NCBI GenBank assembly: GCA_030264375.1
Contig: JASCQW010000099.1
Span: 56,885,631 to 56,949,630, forward strand
Direction: 5' to 3'
Origin: Carcharhinus longimanus
Taxonomy: Eukaryota
DNA length: 64,000 bases
Shown: positions 49,750 to 62,659 of the stretch, piece after piece
Layout: every line of letters starts with the position of its first letter
Numbering within the stretch: the first letter of the stretch is position 1
Position numbers and translations under genes: made by a program
The notes under the pieces: generated by a model
Seen by the model: only the letters and a program-made list of their open reading frames with translations
What the model was told of the DNA's origin: nothing
The model's database searches: none

Positions 49750-52162
49750 CTGTGAGGAAAGCTGTGGTGGTCCTCATGAGAATGAGATATCTGACTCCTG
49801 TCTTCCTAAGACGTATCACTGACATCCTGGTTCAATCAGATGTGTGATGGGGGTTCTTTCATATGGACAGAGTAAGTCTGGGAGGGGCAGTCCTGGTGCT
49901 GGGAAGGGAGATGGATTCCAAACCTTTGGTTGGTCAAGTTGTTAATGCGGGATGTCTAACTCTGGCTCTCATGGCCTTCCACTTGAGGGTAAGGCTATAG
50001 GACCTGAGAGAAGATAAGATATCCAGCCGAAGGTAAAAGCTCCCCCAATCCCTTGCCCCATTCCCCATTCCTGAGGGGGACCATACATGGAGAAATGCAG
50101 GCTAGATGTAGAAATTGGGTTTAATGGGGATAGTGTACATTTGGTGGCTCCTTCTTTCTGACGAATGGTGTAAAATTGTACCCATACCAACTCAGTGGTC
50201 CTGTAACTTCCTAAACTTACATGGTCTCCTGCTTCTTCTAGGTGTTTCCCAGATTGCACATCAGACATGGAGGTGGCCTATTGTTTTTCACGCCTCTTGG
50301 CCTGGGATGCCCTTGGCGAACATCCTCTCAAGGGCCTGGACCTGGAGCAGCCTAGCTGATTTTCGGGCATCATAGGCGATGCTGTGTTACCCTAATCTGC
50401 CCGCTGCCCAGGAGATGTGTTGGTGTCAGGAGTGGGGGGTGATTCAGAAGGAACTGAGACTACCAGAATCTCCCTGGTGGAAAGCTGCAGGATGGGATCC
50501 AGTGCTTCTTCCTCCCTCAGGGCGCACAGTGGCCCCTGGGTCACTCCAAGGGATGGAGAAGCTGCTGGACTGAGCTCCATATGCTTCAATATCATCCGGC
50601 AAAGCCAGTCCTAGAGGTCTGCCATTATTTGAGCCATGTTCATGATGCTGTTTGACATGCTCCTTCGTGACTCTGCCAAGCATTCAATGCCCTCAGACAT
50701 GGTTCTGAGTGAACGGAACATATCCCTCTGCAATTTGCCCATGCTGTCGTTGGTCTGAGCCATGTCACAGTGTAACTGGGCCAAGCAATGTCCAGCTGCG
50801 CACTTGAGATGTCCCTTTGTGATGGGGCCTCACCAATGGACATCAGGAGTGAGCCAAGCTTTACGCATCACCTGACATGGTTCAGATCTCTTGGCCTAGG
50901 ATTTCCACTGCAGTCAGAGTCTTTGCATGTGTTTACCTGGGTATCACACATTGCTGGCACAATCTCCTATGAGAGGAGGCTTCCAGACTCTTCCAGGTGG
51001 TCTTGCACTTGCTGGAAGGTGGCTGACATCCCATCTGTAAAGCCTGGCTTTACTTTTTTTATCTGCAAGAGTGCTGGGTTGAGCTTGTCCCTGGGATTGG
51101 CATCTGCCTTGGGGGCAGCTGGTCCCTGGGGTTCAGCAAACCAGTGCCGGCTCACCTGAAAGTTCCTGCCACTACCCAATGTGCAACAGTGGCTGTGTGG
51201 TACTCATGAGAGAGTGTCCCAGAAGTCTAATCACTAATAATTCCCAGTGAGGTAAGTGTCTCTACACTGGTGAATGGTGTCTTTGAGAGTGGAGCCAAAA
51301 ATTTTATGTCCTTCCTGGAGCAATGGTCCAGGGTGCCCTGAGACGTTGGAGGATGGGCTGCAATTCCTTATGGCCCAGCCTCATCTGATGGAGACCTTGG
51401 AAGAGAAAGAACAGGGGATCTGCTTTTAGCAGTGTCAAGGGTGTGGGTGATGATGAACTCTCTTCAGATTGATACACCTTCCTCCAGATTATCTCTCCTC
51501 AGGTCATCCCAACGTCACAATTGGCCACTGTTCACTTCGGGGCCTCCCCTGCAATTTCCAGTGCCCTCTCTTTGAAGTGGACCATGACTCCAGCATACCC
51601 CCACCCATGTTTTGTTGCTCTCTTCTGCTCACACAAACCCTCTTGTGTGAGGGTTTGTCCTGCAGGACACAGAGAGGACATTGTGAGACAGTAGCCAGGA
51701 AGGTATGGGGTCTTGACATCAGGTGGCATGTGTGGGCACTGGGTCAAGCCTGTGAAAGGTAGTCATGGGGATTATTGGGTGTGGGAGGGTGTTTCTTAGG
51801 GTGATGCTGGTAGCTTGGGTGCTTGAAGGCTGCAAGCATTCACTGTTAGATGGCAGAGGTTTGAAATGGGACTGATGCCAGGGGAGGGCAGGTGCGTACT
51901 CACCCTTGCAGCTCGAAGCAGATTTTATTTATTGCATTTCATGGCATTCTTCCTGACTACCTCGGCCACCACTTCCCAGGCATCTCTTACCACATTGCAG
52001 GGAGTCTCCTGCCTACCCTGGGGAGAAGGGTGGCACTCCTCCCTTTGAAGGCATCTAGTTTTTGGTCCACATCTGTGTCCAGTAACCTTGGTGCCAACGT
52101 GATTCATTCCAGTTTTCACACTGACGGAAGCACTTAGAGTGAAAATGGGAGAATCGGGCCCT
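49750..52162 (-). mobile_element. Decayed PIF/Harbinger element with an intron-containing Myb/SANT-like ORF
   Basis: 51900-52060 gives ..VVRDAWEVVAEVVRKNAMKCNK..NLLRAAR followed by donor-like agg|gtgagt. Terminus (revcomp) tagggcccgattctcccatttt at ~52162. The left boundary is uncertain and may extend to ~47960. Confidence 0.65.
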
Positions 52163-52557
52163 AGGTTTTCAGGGACAGTATTTTAACACCAGTGCTCGCC
52201 AACATATGATACCCATTGAAAAACCTAGGCTGAGAAGTTCAAATTAGCAAAATTTTGCACATGATGCTTTTGACGTAGCCTTAGCAGATTTTCTCCAACA
52301 ATTTCTATTGCTGCTATTAAACTAATTTATGTAACAAGATTATATAACAGCAGAATTTTACAAGAACCACTGAAATGGATAAATAATTTGTTGGTACAAA
52401 GTCTACAAACTGCTTCACATTATCAGACTTCTTTTGTGGGATAATTATAACTGTTGGAAAAATCTTCCCATAAAATGATTTTGCAAGATTAAGATATTTT
52501 TGAGATTTTTCAGATTTCTGGGACAGGGTGAGGGGGAAGAAATGTTTCATAATGATA

Positions 52558-53118
52558 ACATAAGAACATAAGAAATGGGAGCAGGAATAAGCCATCTAGC
52601 CCTTTGAGCCTGCCCCGCCATTCAATAAGGTCATGACTGATCTGAAGTGGATCAGTTCCACTTTCCCGCTTTCTCCCCATAACCCTTAATTCCCNNNNNN
52701 NNNNNNNNNNNNNNNNNNNNNNNNNNNNNNNNNNNNNNNNNNNNNNNNNNNNNNNNNNNNNNNNNNNNNNNNNNNNNNNNNNNNNNNNNNNNNNAATCTA
52801 AAAACACCACATCCCCTCTGTCTACCGCACTAGTCATATCCTCATAGAAATCCAATAAATTCGTCAAACACAACTTCCCCTTAACGAATCCGTGCTGCAT
52901 CTGCTCAATCAAACCATTATTTTCTAGGTGCCTCACTATTTCTTCTTTGATGACGGACTCTAGCATTTTTTCAACTACAGACGTTAAACTAACCGGCCTA
53001 TAATTCCCTGCCTTTTATCTGCTACCTTTTTTAAACAACGGCGTAACATTAGCCGTTTTCCAATCTTCCGGCACTTCCCCAGAGTCCAGCGAGTTTTGAT
53101 AAGTAATTACTAAGGCAA
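52558..53118 (-). mobile_element. Young CR1-type LINE spanning an assembly gap
   Basis: EDWKTANVTPLFKKGSR..GNYRPVSLTSVV.KMLESVIKEEIVRHLE..QHGFVKGKLCLTNLLDFYED..VFLD; CpGs retained; family tail at 52558-52690. Confidence 0.94.
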
Positions 53119-53263
53119 TATAAGAAAATATCTTATTCAGATACAAGTAGGTGCCAAAAGTGGTCAACTACACAGCAGTATCATCCCTATCTCTATTTTC
53201 TTACTTCAGTTTTACTCAAATTTCCTATATTGCCAGCAGTTAAAATGCATGTAGAAAGCATTC

Positions 53264-53587
53264 TAGAATCATAGAATCCTACAGTGCAGAAAGAGGCCCA
53301 TTGAGTCTGCACCGAACACAATCTCACCCAGGCCCTACCCCCATATCCCTACATACCCACTAATCCCTCTAACCTATGACACTAAGGGGCAATTTCTTAG
53401 CATGGCCAATCAACCTAACCCGTACATCTTTGGTCTGTGGGAGGAAACCAGAATACCCGGAGGAAACCCAAGCAGACACAAGGAGAACGTGCAAACTCCA
53501 CACAGAGAGTGACCTGAGCAGGGAATCGAACCCAGGACCCTGGAGTTGTGAAGCAACAGTGCTAACCACTGTGCTGCCGTGCCACCC
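53264..53587 (-). mobile_element. HE1-type V-SINE, full length
   Basis: Head gggtggcacggcagcacagtggttagcactgttgc..gggttcgattcc, V-domain, tail ctgcactgtaggattctatgattcta. Confidence 0.93.
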
Positions 53588-54224
53588 TAATAAATTACCT
53601 CATTATAATTTCCACCTTTTTCCTAATATTGTATTTTTTCTCCTTTTTACCACCTCTCACAAAATGTTTCATTTAATGTTTCTGTGGTGGAGGAAAGTAA
53701 TGACATCGATGGAGGACTCTACAGTCTCAGCTGGTTATATGGTTAATAAAAAAGTGTGCATTGTTTCTCTTGTCATTGTTGTTTATGATGACAATGGAGT
53801 GCACACAATCCAGAAGCGACCTCTGTGGAACGCACTATTCGACCTCTGATTTATTTCTTATCTCGTTCCCTATGGCAAGACCAGTAAAATGTAGCCACTT
53901 GACACGAATTTCTTCAGCTTTGATAGTCTTCAAAAGTTTCATGTGCAGAATTTACCATGTCTTTCAAAATCCAGCCATTAATGCAGTTAACCCACTCAAA
54001 ATATTCCAGTATCTTTTAGAAACACAACCAATTGTTTTTTCTAACATGTGTTTGTTATCCTACCATCACCTGTGCATTCTACATATGAATAATTTGTCAA
54101 TATTGCATTTTTCTTGTAAGCAATAACATTGCATGTATTGCTTCTGGACTTGACATTTATAGCAATCTTATTATTTACAAGTAGTGCAATTTTCCCATCA
54201 CCTGCTTAACTACCATCTGTCTTA

Positions 54225-54390
54225 AAAGAGAAACAGAAAATACTGGACATGCACAGCACTTGAGTTATTTTCTGAAAGGAAAAAAGCAGTTAACATTTTG
54301 GTTACTTTTCATTATTAGCATCCAAAACATCAATCTTTTTTGAGCTGATCAATCTGTTATACATTTCCAGTGCTCTGTTTCTATTTCTGC
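54225..54390. repeat. Degenerate palindromic Penelope-type repeat
   Basis: aaacagaaaatactgga pairs with ttccagtgctctgttt; related to 5630-5835. Confidence 0.55.
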
Positions 54391-55646
54391 TCTGACTTTT
54401 ACAATATATCAGGATTATTTGCACCAGCATTTACCAGTATGTCTTTCTAAAAACCAAGAAGGATAATTTCTTAATAAATCTGTTCATCAACATTGATTAA
54501 TTGTACCTTAATTACATTCTATATCCATTATTTTTTCAAAGTGAAAATCAATTAGCAAAGCTATTAATGTCATGTTTGATGACACAGCGGAGAATAATAT
54601 GTTTTTTTTATAAAATCCACTGCACAGCTTTTCTTACAAACAATCTAGACTAGTAACTCCACTTTTATTCCAAATATTTTTGGATTCTTGTTGTTATTCC
54701 ATTAAAAATACTGGAATGGCTTTAAATGGAAACATTTACTTACTGAAGACAAATAATGGCAGACAGGTTGCAAGTGTATTAGAATAATTTATGATTTGAT
54801 AACAGGTTGCTTAATCCTTAAGAGTCTTGGCACGTTCACATGTAGAATTCTGTTTCCATGCCAACCAGGTTACCAAAATCTGTAGTGATAGATGGTAAGA
54901 AAATGAGAATTTTTTAGAACAGGTGAAGGGCATTCAGCCCAAACTATTAATTATTTATGGATCAGCAGCTGACTTCATATTTGCTCATTCCTTCTTTCAC
55001 CAGGAATTGCCCTGTAAATTCATTTATAAGGTAGCTGCAGTTATTTTTCTTGGTTGTTTAGAATAGTCAAGTGTCCATTTCACTCCTTCACCGCCCCGCC
55101 CACACACACACACACCACACCACACACCTCTCCTCAACAAACAAGCAGCATTTCAGCTACCTAGCTGTGTACTTTCTCCTCTGTTTTCCAGACAAGTCAG
55201 ATCAGTTGAAAACTAGGAGGCTGTCCAACAGATCTTCATCAACAATGGTAAAGAAATTGAGTTTTGAGAGTATATCCAAGTAAACACATTTAAGTAGTCA
55301 GCAAATTAGTTTATAAAATATTTGAAGAGAGGATAACATTGTGTTAAAGCAAGGACTTGAAAGGTCATGACTGTCAATGGAACTATAGGTAGCATGAATT
55401 TCCCTTTCCAATGTACTCAGAGTGAGTTTCGGCAATGTTTCGAGGTGTGAGCTTAAGAATCTGTATGTTTCAAGAAGATCATTTCTCATTCTTTTAAACT
55501 CCAGCAAATATAGACCCAAACTGCCGCATCCTTCCTCATAAGACAACCTCCATCTCAAGAAACAACCTACTAAACCTTTGCTGTATCCCTTCTAATGCAA
55601 GTAAACCCTCTTTAAATAAGGAGCCAAAATTGTACACAATACTCTA

Positions 55647-57136
55647 GGGGCAGGATTTTTCAGATGGCAGGGTTTCCTGCCCTGCCACCCAAAGAATTGG
55701 TGGGCAATGCATCCATACTAATGTCAGCTTCCTTAAAGCAACTTAACACTCCATACAGCATTAAATGGTCATGCAGTGCAGATGGCTGAGAGCTCTATAG
55801 TCCCTGCACCCGCGGAAGCAGTGGCTATTTCTGGGACTACATGCACTCCCACCAGACTAAGTGCTAAAGTCCATAGGACCAGGTGAATCTGGGGTTTTGT
55901 GACGAGATAAGACTTCCTTTCTCCCTGTCTTCTATGGACAGTCATCTTGCTATTGCCACCTTGCTGATGAACTGCCACCTTGGCAATGTCAAGGGCCTCC
56001 TTCTCCATGGATGTCAGAATAGCATGCTGTGCCATTCCAGCACCAGAATGAACTCTCTTTCCTGCAGGTCAAGAGAGAAAGAGATTTAAGACAATGATGC
56101 CCTTCCACACCCAGCCATTCACTCACATGCAATGTCACCATCTCTAGTGTATCCTCCTCAAGTGCTTGTGGCATGCGTTTTCTCAACAGCTCACGAGTGC
56201 ACACATATAGTCACTGGGCACACATGTGGTTGTTGTTCCTAAGCACCACCCTCAGGCAATTTATTAATTCCTGGGACATTGGCCTCATTGGTTGGCCAGC
56301 ATTTATTGCCCATCTGTAGTTGTCCGAGGGCAGTTGAGAGTCAACCACATTGTTGTGGCTCTGGACTCACATGTCGGCCAGACAAGTAAGGACAGCAGGT
56401 TTCCTTCCCTGAAGGCCATTAGCAAACCAGACAGGTTTTTTCGACAATCGGCAACGGTTTCATAGTCAGAAGATTCTTAATTTGAGATTTTTTTTATTGA
56501 ATTCAAATCCCACCATCTATCATGGTGAGATTTGAAGAGGGTCCTCAGAACATTAGCTGAGTTTCTGAATTAATTGTCTAGCAATAAAACCACTCGGCCA
56601 TCACCACCCAGTTCAGTTTGTGGGTCTGCTGCTGACTACAAACTTGGAAACCTGTCATCTGAGTGTCACGTTGCACGCATCTTGCCAGATCTCAAAAGAT
56701 TCTTGAAATGCTTCCAGCATTGCATCCGCATTCTGCCGACAACATTTCTTACTTTCTAGCCATGTTTTCTTCATCTGCCCCTGACTGGCCTTCTCTTGCC
56801 TCTCTTTAGTGACAGGATCTCCAATTGAGCTCCTGCCACCTTTAAAAGCACATTCATGGAGGCACCAGTAAATTCTGGGACCCCCCCTTCCACAGATGCC
56901 CAGCATTCAAATGTTCAACTGCTCTCCATTGTCTGCCATACTGATGAATACCGCTTACACATTAATGACTGCTGGGTGATCGTTAAATTGGGTGTGCCAT
57001 ATCTAATTCCACATCCTCACCGTAGGTGTGGCAAACACACCACTGAAACATTCATTGGCTGTCACCTTGAAAATTGCGTCTGACATCAGCCATCAACATA
57101 TGACTGGAGCTGGACCCTGAAATAAATACCCAGCCC
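55647..57136 (-). mobile_element. PIF/Harbinger deletion derivative with Myb/SANT-like ORF remnants
   Basis: Imperfect TIRs ggggcaggatttt / aaatacccagccc. Peptides QMKKTWLE..RNVVGRMRMQCWKHFKNLLRSGK (56680-56790) and GMAQHAILTSMEKEALDIA (55980-56040). Confidence 0.7.
56280..56608 (-). mobile_element. tRNA-derived SINE of a further family, nested in the Harbinger element
   Basis: Reverse complement starts with A-box-like ggtgatggccgagtggt, has B-box-like cttcaaatctcacc, and ends in the LINE-type tail gatgggcaataaatgctggcca. Confidence 0.8.
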
Positions 57137-57820
57137 TTTGTGTTCTCCTCACAGCTTGCTTTCTGATCTATCATTTTATCATCAGCAAATGTGACTACAA
57201 TACACTCAGTCCCCTCATCCAAATCAGTAGTAGATTGTAAATTGTTGAGGGCCCAGCACAGATTCTTCTGGCATCCTACTAGTTATACTATCCCAACTAT
57301 AAAATGATTTGCTTACCTCTATTTTACATTTGTTAGCTAATGCACTCTTCATGCTAATATATTATCTGTAAAACCATGGTCTGTTATCTTGGGCAGTAAC
57401 TTTTTTGTGTGATATCAAATGCCTTTTGGAAATCCAAATGTGCTTCATCTCTTTTATTTACCTGCTAAAAGTACTCTAAAGTTTGCCAAACACAATTTCC
57501 ATTTCATAAAACCAGAAAGTAAAGATGTATCCTCTTAGATTGACAATGAGTGTTACAGGAACTATTAGCACTATAAAAACATACAGCATTACAAAAGACA
57601 CCGTGGGGATCATTTTGATTGCGCAGTAGTATAAATTGGAAGATAGTGCATTTTGCATCTCTCTCAATTTTCATTCCTTTGAAAGTTTGGAGAGATGGAA
57701 TCATGGGATGGCTAGGGAAGTGAATTTGCAGTAATAGGAAAATATTTCAATACTGGCATTTTATAGTATCCAATATTTATCCAGCATCTGTTTCAATGAA
57801 AATATGATCTCAGTTTTGAT

Positions 57821-57908
57821 CAATATTCATGAACTAGTTAGCCACAGACCTAAAGCTTTTCAATATTTATCAACTAGTTAGTCATAGACCTAAAGCTTTT
57901 CAATATTT
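57821..57908. repeat. 40-bp tandem repeat (~2.2 copies)
   Basis: caatatt(c/t)at(g/c)aactagttag(c/t)ca(c/t)agacctaaagctttt x2, then caatatt. Confidence 0.92.
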
Positions 57909-60562
57909 TTAGTTCCTGGTAACTTCAGATCCAGATTTATAATTTTTTAAAAATGTAATTTGAAGATGAAAACACTTTTCATAGTTAGAATAATGTGGCC
58001 ATTCATAAAATTAAATGAGGACTGTCATAGAAGTATTCAAGTGCTTTGGTCTGTCTTTCAAACATTAATATTTAATCAGTTTTATGTGACTCTACAATTA
58101 TTTCTTAGTCTCAATGTTTTTTTTCTCGTCACACCTGTGTATTTTGGATTTCTGCCAGTGCTTGCTTTGCTTTGTTGCTTGTTTGTGTGTTCTCAGTATT
58201 GTTGTCCATGTTCATGGTCCCCCTTCGTTCCCATTTGACATTGAATTGTTTTCTGGTATTTCACATATTAAGGTAGGTCATGGTCCTGCTCCACATTGAG
58301 TTAATGGAAACTGATGGGTTACAATGACGAATCTGCCCTCTTTCATACAGTTGGTTAATTATTTCAATTGTATTTTGATGACTCTTGCTACTTAATTTGT
58401 TATTAATTTTGAACAGGAAAGATCTGTGTTTAATGCAAATTGCGAAAACATAGTGAACACGCAATACAATTTTGACATTGCTGATAGCAATATGATGAAA
58501 AAAATTGTAGGAATAATGCTTAATTTAACTGGAGCAAAGACATGGCCCCTGGGAAGATGGTGTCTCAGCCTTTGATAATTAAGTATGCCAAATAAGTTTG
58601 AGTTTTTTTGTATGCACCAGTCAGTATTTGTGTGTCAGTTATAGATAGCTAATGAGAGGTGATGACCTATTTTCTACCTCTCCTGTATTTTTGTTTTAGT
58701 AGATGTTATGAAAATTATCCATTCTGTAATTCTCACAGCTTCCACAAGAAGGATGTATCTTGCATATTCAAATCTACACCTGGAGCTGTACATAGTTATG
58801 ATTTGGAGTTGATCTTGCAAATTGGTTGCAAATTTATCCAAGTTCCATTCAATCAATGCAAGGTTTGCTAACTACTATTAAATACTCAGGTTCCTTATGT
58901 TAGATTGAGTTTTGAAAGCAAATAGAGTCCTATTTTTTCATTGTAAAATGTATTAACTAGGAAAACAATATATTATCGTATAGTAATGAACTCCTCAGAA
59001 TAGTAAAACAAAACATTAACTCAATTTCTATCTTATGGAAGCTGCATGACCTGATTGTTTTGAGTTGTAATATTTTCATTTCAGATTTTCAGCAGCCATA
59101 GCATTTTGCTTTTGATTTTGATTTAGAGGTGTTACACTTTGGGCCTCAGACTTGCTTTAGTACCAAGTGACAGATTGTAGGGGCCAGATTTTTCATCTGG
59201 TTGCTGTGCCAGTGCCTCTTTGATATAGCAGATCTTCCAACTGCCTATGCTCTTGAACATCAGTTCATTTCCATGGATCTTGATAATTTAAGTACGTAAG
59301 ATTGGCTCCACTACCAATAATGTCACCATTGCAGAGCCTATGCCAGATGTTGAGAGGGGAAATTTGCTGCACCACCTTGATGCAGTAACACAAGTACTGG
59401 CTGAAACTGGAAGAAAAAGTTTTTTTTAAACTTTAAGTTTGAAATTATGATTTGACAAATACAATTGATTGCCTGTTGGAAGCCAAAAACACATAAACAT
59501 TCTTTGTGCTCAGTGTGGGAAATACATCATAAAACAACCTACATTTTGCACCATTTTATCATCAATCTCCATATTTTGACAAATGTACTATTATACAAAG
59601 CTTCCTGCTACCTACTAGGATGCAAATGTACGCATAGTTTATTAGACAATAAATTCCCCAATTCAAGCATTGATTGTCCACTCCAAACTGACTCTGGCAA
59701 GTGTCAAGTGGTTATCAAATATTTCTTTTGGGAGTAAGGAAGAAAAGCTTTGGTAGTCATCTGCATCTTTAAACTAGTATAAATACTTTGTTCATTAAAT
59801 TATAAAATACAGGAAGCTAATTGAATTTTAGGCATGTTCCACTCATCTACTTAGCGCACCAGTTTCCTACCATCATTTTTGGACCTTACATCCTATCTCA
59901 CAAATTAATTCATGATCAAGCAAATTACAAACTTACAGACATGATCTGTTTACACACATAGCCAAAATAACTGTGAACTGTCTCCTATGGTTATCCACTG
60001 GCAGTCTGCTGTGCATCTCAACAACATGAATGACAGCAGCATGTAAGTAAGGAACTAGGAGCATAAAGTCGTATCTGTCCACTCAGTGGCACAGGATAGT
60101 TGATCTTCCATCTGCTACATAATGCCAGATACCCAATTGCTATGTACCCAATTATTTTATTCCGACTGAAAGGTTTCTCTTATTGCAAATGATAAATCTC
60201 TAAATGCATTAGATTCAAACTTTTTAAAGTTGCAAATTAGTTAAGTGAAGCTTCCAAACAAAATGGTTACATCTTCCACTGGCAATACATTAAAATTGCA
60301 AACAATAAAACATTTGCACTCAAATTTTCCACTTCATACAAGGCTCTATCTCAGCATAAAATCAAGTGTAATAATTTTGAATTTAAGTTCTCTTTACATT
60401 CCTCATTCAAGTCACCATTTTTCAATAAAAATATCAACTAACAACACACAAATTAATGTCACAAAGTACATGTATACTTAATTTCAGTTTGACATGTAGT
60501 TGTGAGGACTACAATGCAATCCATCAGTGTGGAAGTGTCTGTATCAGCAAATATAAAAGTTA

Positions 60563-61910
60563 TTGGCCAGAATTCCCCTAAAAACTTCTAAGTGTCGAAT
60601 TCACAAGAAAACTGGAGTAATTCATGCTGTTTTTTTCAGTGTGAGTTCACACCAAAATCTCCCACATTCTGTGCAATGCAGAGGCCACACCCCAACTTGG
60701 GCCTGCCTCCTGGGCAGCCCTATGCCTGCTGGGCAGTGCCAAAGAGCCTGGTGGACAGGGCCACTTTGCCCATTGGGCAGTGCCATGTGCACAGGCTGCC
60801 ACTGTCAGGGTGCCCGTGCCCTGGGGGCACTGCCACCCCACCGCCCAAACCCCTGGGGGGCTCCAACTGCCCTCCCTTCACTCCAGCAGGTTCCCCGAAA
60901 TTGGAGACCTACTGTCAACTGCGTTAGAGTGAAATCATTAGATTTCAGGGAGCGGAGCATGTTCCAGCCCAGGAGGCTAAAACCAGCAGACTTCTGCACA
61001 TGCAGAGTGGCCCTGAACTGTCAGCCTCACTCTTTGCTAGCCAGTCCGAGACCCCAGCAGTGCTGCCGCCTCAATCTCCAATCGTGACCTACAACTCAAT
61101 TTGCCCCTAACCCTGTCCCAGACCTCCCTGATCTTCAGGCTCCCCTACCCACAGATCCCTCCCCAGCAGTCCCAATACCACCCCCCAGGCAATGCCAATC
61201 CCTCAGCAGGCAGACATCCCCCCAGCCCTCCCCCCCAATCCACCCCGATCTCCCTCCCACAGTTCAGAGCTCCAGGGAGGCAGACTCCCCCAGCTGATCT
61301 CTGCCCCACCTCCCCACCCCAATCACTGGCCTCCTTCCTGCTCCAAACAATCGTGTCTGTAGAGTAGCAATGGGAACCCCACCACCACTTATTGGCCTTT
61401 CAGGCCACACCCCCTCTTGGGCCTGCATCCTGGGCAGCCCTATGCCTGCTGGGCAGTGCCAAAGAGCCTGATGGACAGGGCCACTTTGCCCATTGGGCAG
61501 TGCCATGTGCACAGGCTGCCACTGTCAGGGTGCCCATGCCCTGGGGGCACTGCCACCCCACCGCCCAAACCCCTGGGGGGGCTCCAACTGCCCTCCCTTC
61601 ACTCCAGCAGGTTCCCCGAAATTGGGGACCTACTGTAAACTGCGTTGGAGTGAAATACTCTGGCAGGTTGGGAGAAGCTACCGGGCCCAAGGAATTCAGT
61701 CCTGGGCCCGCTATTTACATTTAAATCATATTAAAAACATATGAGAATGGCTCACCTAATCTTCCCACCGATTTCCTGCGCAAATCTGTTAGTGCCAGTA
61801 ATTCAGTGCTGGGACATGCGCTCGCAGCAGGAACACATGCCCAGCTGCACGATTCTCTCATCCCCCTGCACTAGAAAATTAGGGCAGCAGTGTGGGAAAA
61901 TTGCCCCAAT
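60563..61910. mobile_element. Harbinger-type MITE with an internal ~255-bp duplication
   Basis: Imperfect TIRs ttggccagaattcccc / gggaaaattgccccaa; abrupt GC-rich block in AT-rich flanks; no credible ORF. Confidence 0.8.
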
Positions 61911-62093
61911 TGTGTCTAATTTATGATGATGGCTAAAGTCAACCCAGGCAATTTAGTTTTAAAATGTAATGCATAAAGATCCTTCTGTTACTCCCCAACT
62001 ACATTATTAGGAATTTGATTACTAATAAAAAGTTATTGACCAAAAGTGTTTTTGATTATGTGAATTTCATTCCCTTGTGTCATTAGGTAATTG

Positions 62094-62655
62094 TGTTAGG
62101 ATTCTAAACCTGAACCCACCAAGATATATTATGAAGCTAAACAAGTCCCCAACATTTTTTTATATTTTGGCATAAATGTGAGGAAGGATGCATCGCTCCA
62201 AGAGTAATCCCACTGACAAATTAGGAATGTTTTATCAAAATCAGCTTTATTCAATTCTAACAAAGGAAACAGCTTAACTATTAACAGTTGAAAAATGTTT
62301 TAAAAAGGATCTTCAATTTCTAACCTATCACTGTTTCAGTTCCAAATAAGCANNNNNNNNNNNNNNNNNNNNNNNNNNNNNNNNNNNNNNNNNNNNNNNN
62401 NNNNNNNNNNNNNNNNNNNNNNNNNNNNNNNNNNNNNNNNNNNNNNNNNNNNAGAGATCTTGATTTTCAGAGCAGCTTGCAGACCTCTGTCTTCAAAGAA
62501 ATCCCAGCTAGAACTGAAAGCTGATTTTTCTGTGCAACAACCTAGGTCCTCCCATTAACTGCATTATCACATGACCCTGTCAATCAACCTAATCAGAAGT
62601 TCCAGGAGAAATCTTCATCTACAAACAAAAATCCATCCGCTCTCTCCTAAATAAA
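62094..62655 (-). mobile_element. Probable LTR fragment (Gypsy-like), includes a gap
   Basis: Reverse complement ends ..gaatcctaaca, has an aataaa about 150 nt before that end, and resembles 9680-9832. Confidence 0.55.
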
Positions 62656-62659
62656 CTCT

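Larger units (their letters stand above)
55450..57500 (-). mobile_element. CR1-type LINE pieces (55450-55646 and 57137-57500) flanking a Harbinger insertion
   Basis: LSYEEGCGSLGLYLLEFKRMRNDLLETYRFL on the left; RT-like atcatcagcaaat and aatgccttttggaaatccaa on the right. Confidence 0.75.

Noticed and set aside
22759-53587. HE1 SINE orientation bias (6 of 7 sense to SYT14), and SINE heads as tRNA genes
   Set aside because: Too few copies to be meaningful; heads run into V-domain and LINE tails, so they are not tRNA genes.
57821-57908. 40-bp repeats as a CRISPR-like array
   Set aside because: Direct tandem copies without spacers in vertebrate DNA; a simple slippage duplication.
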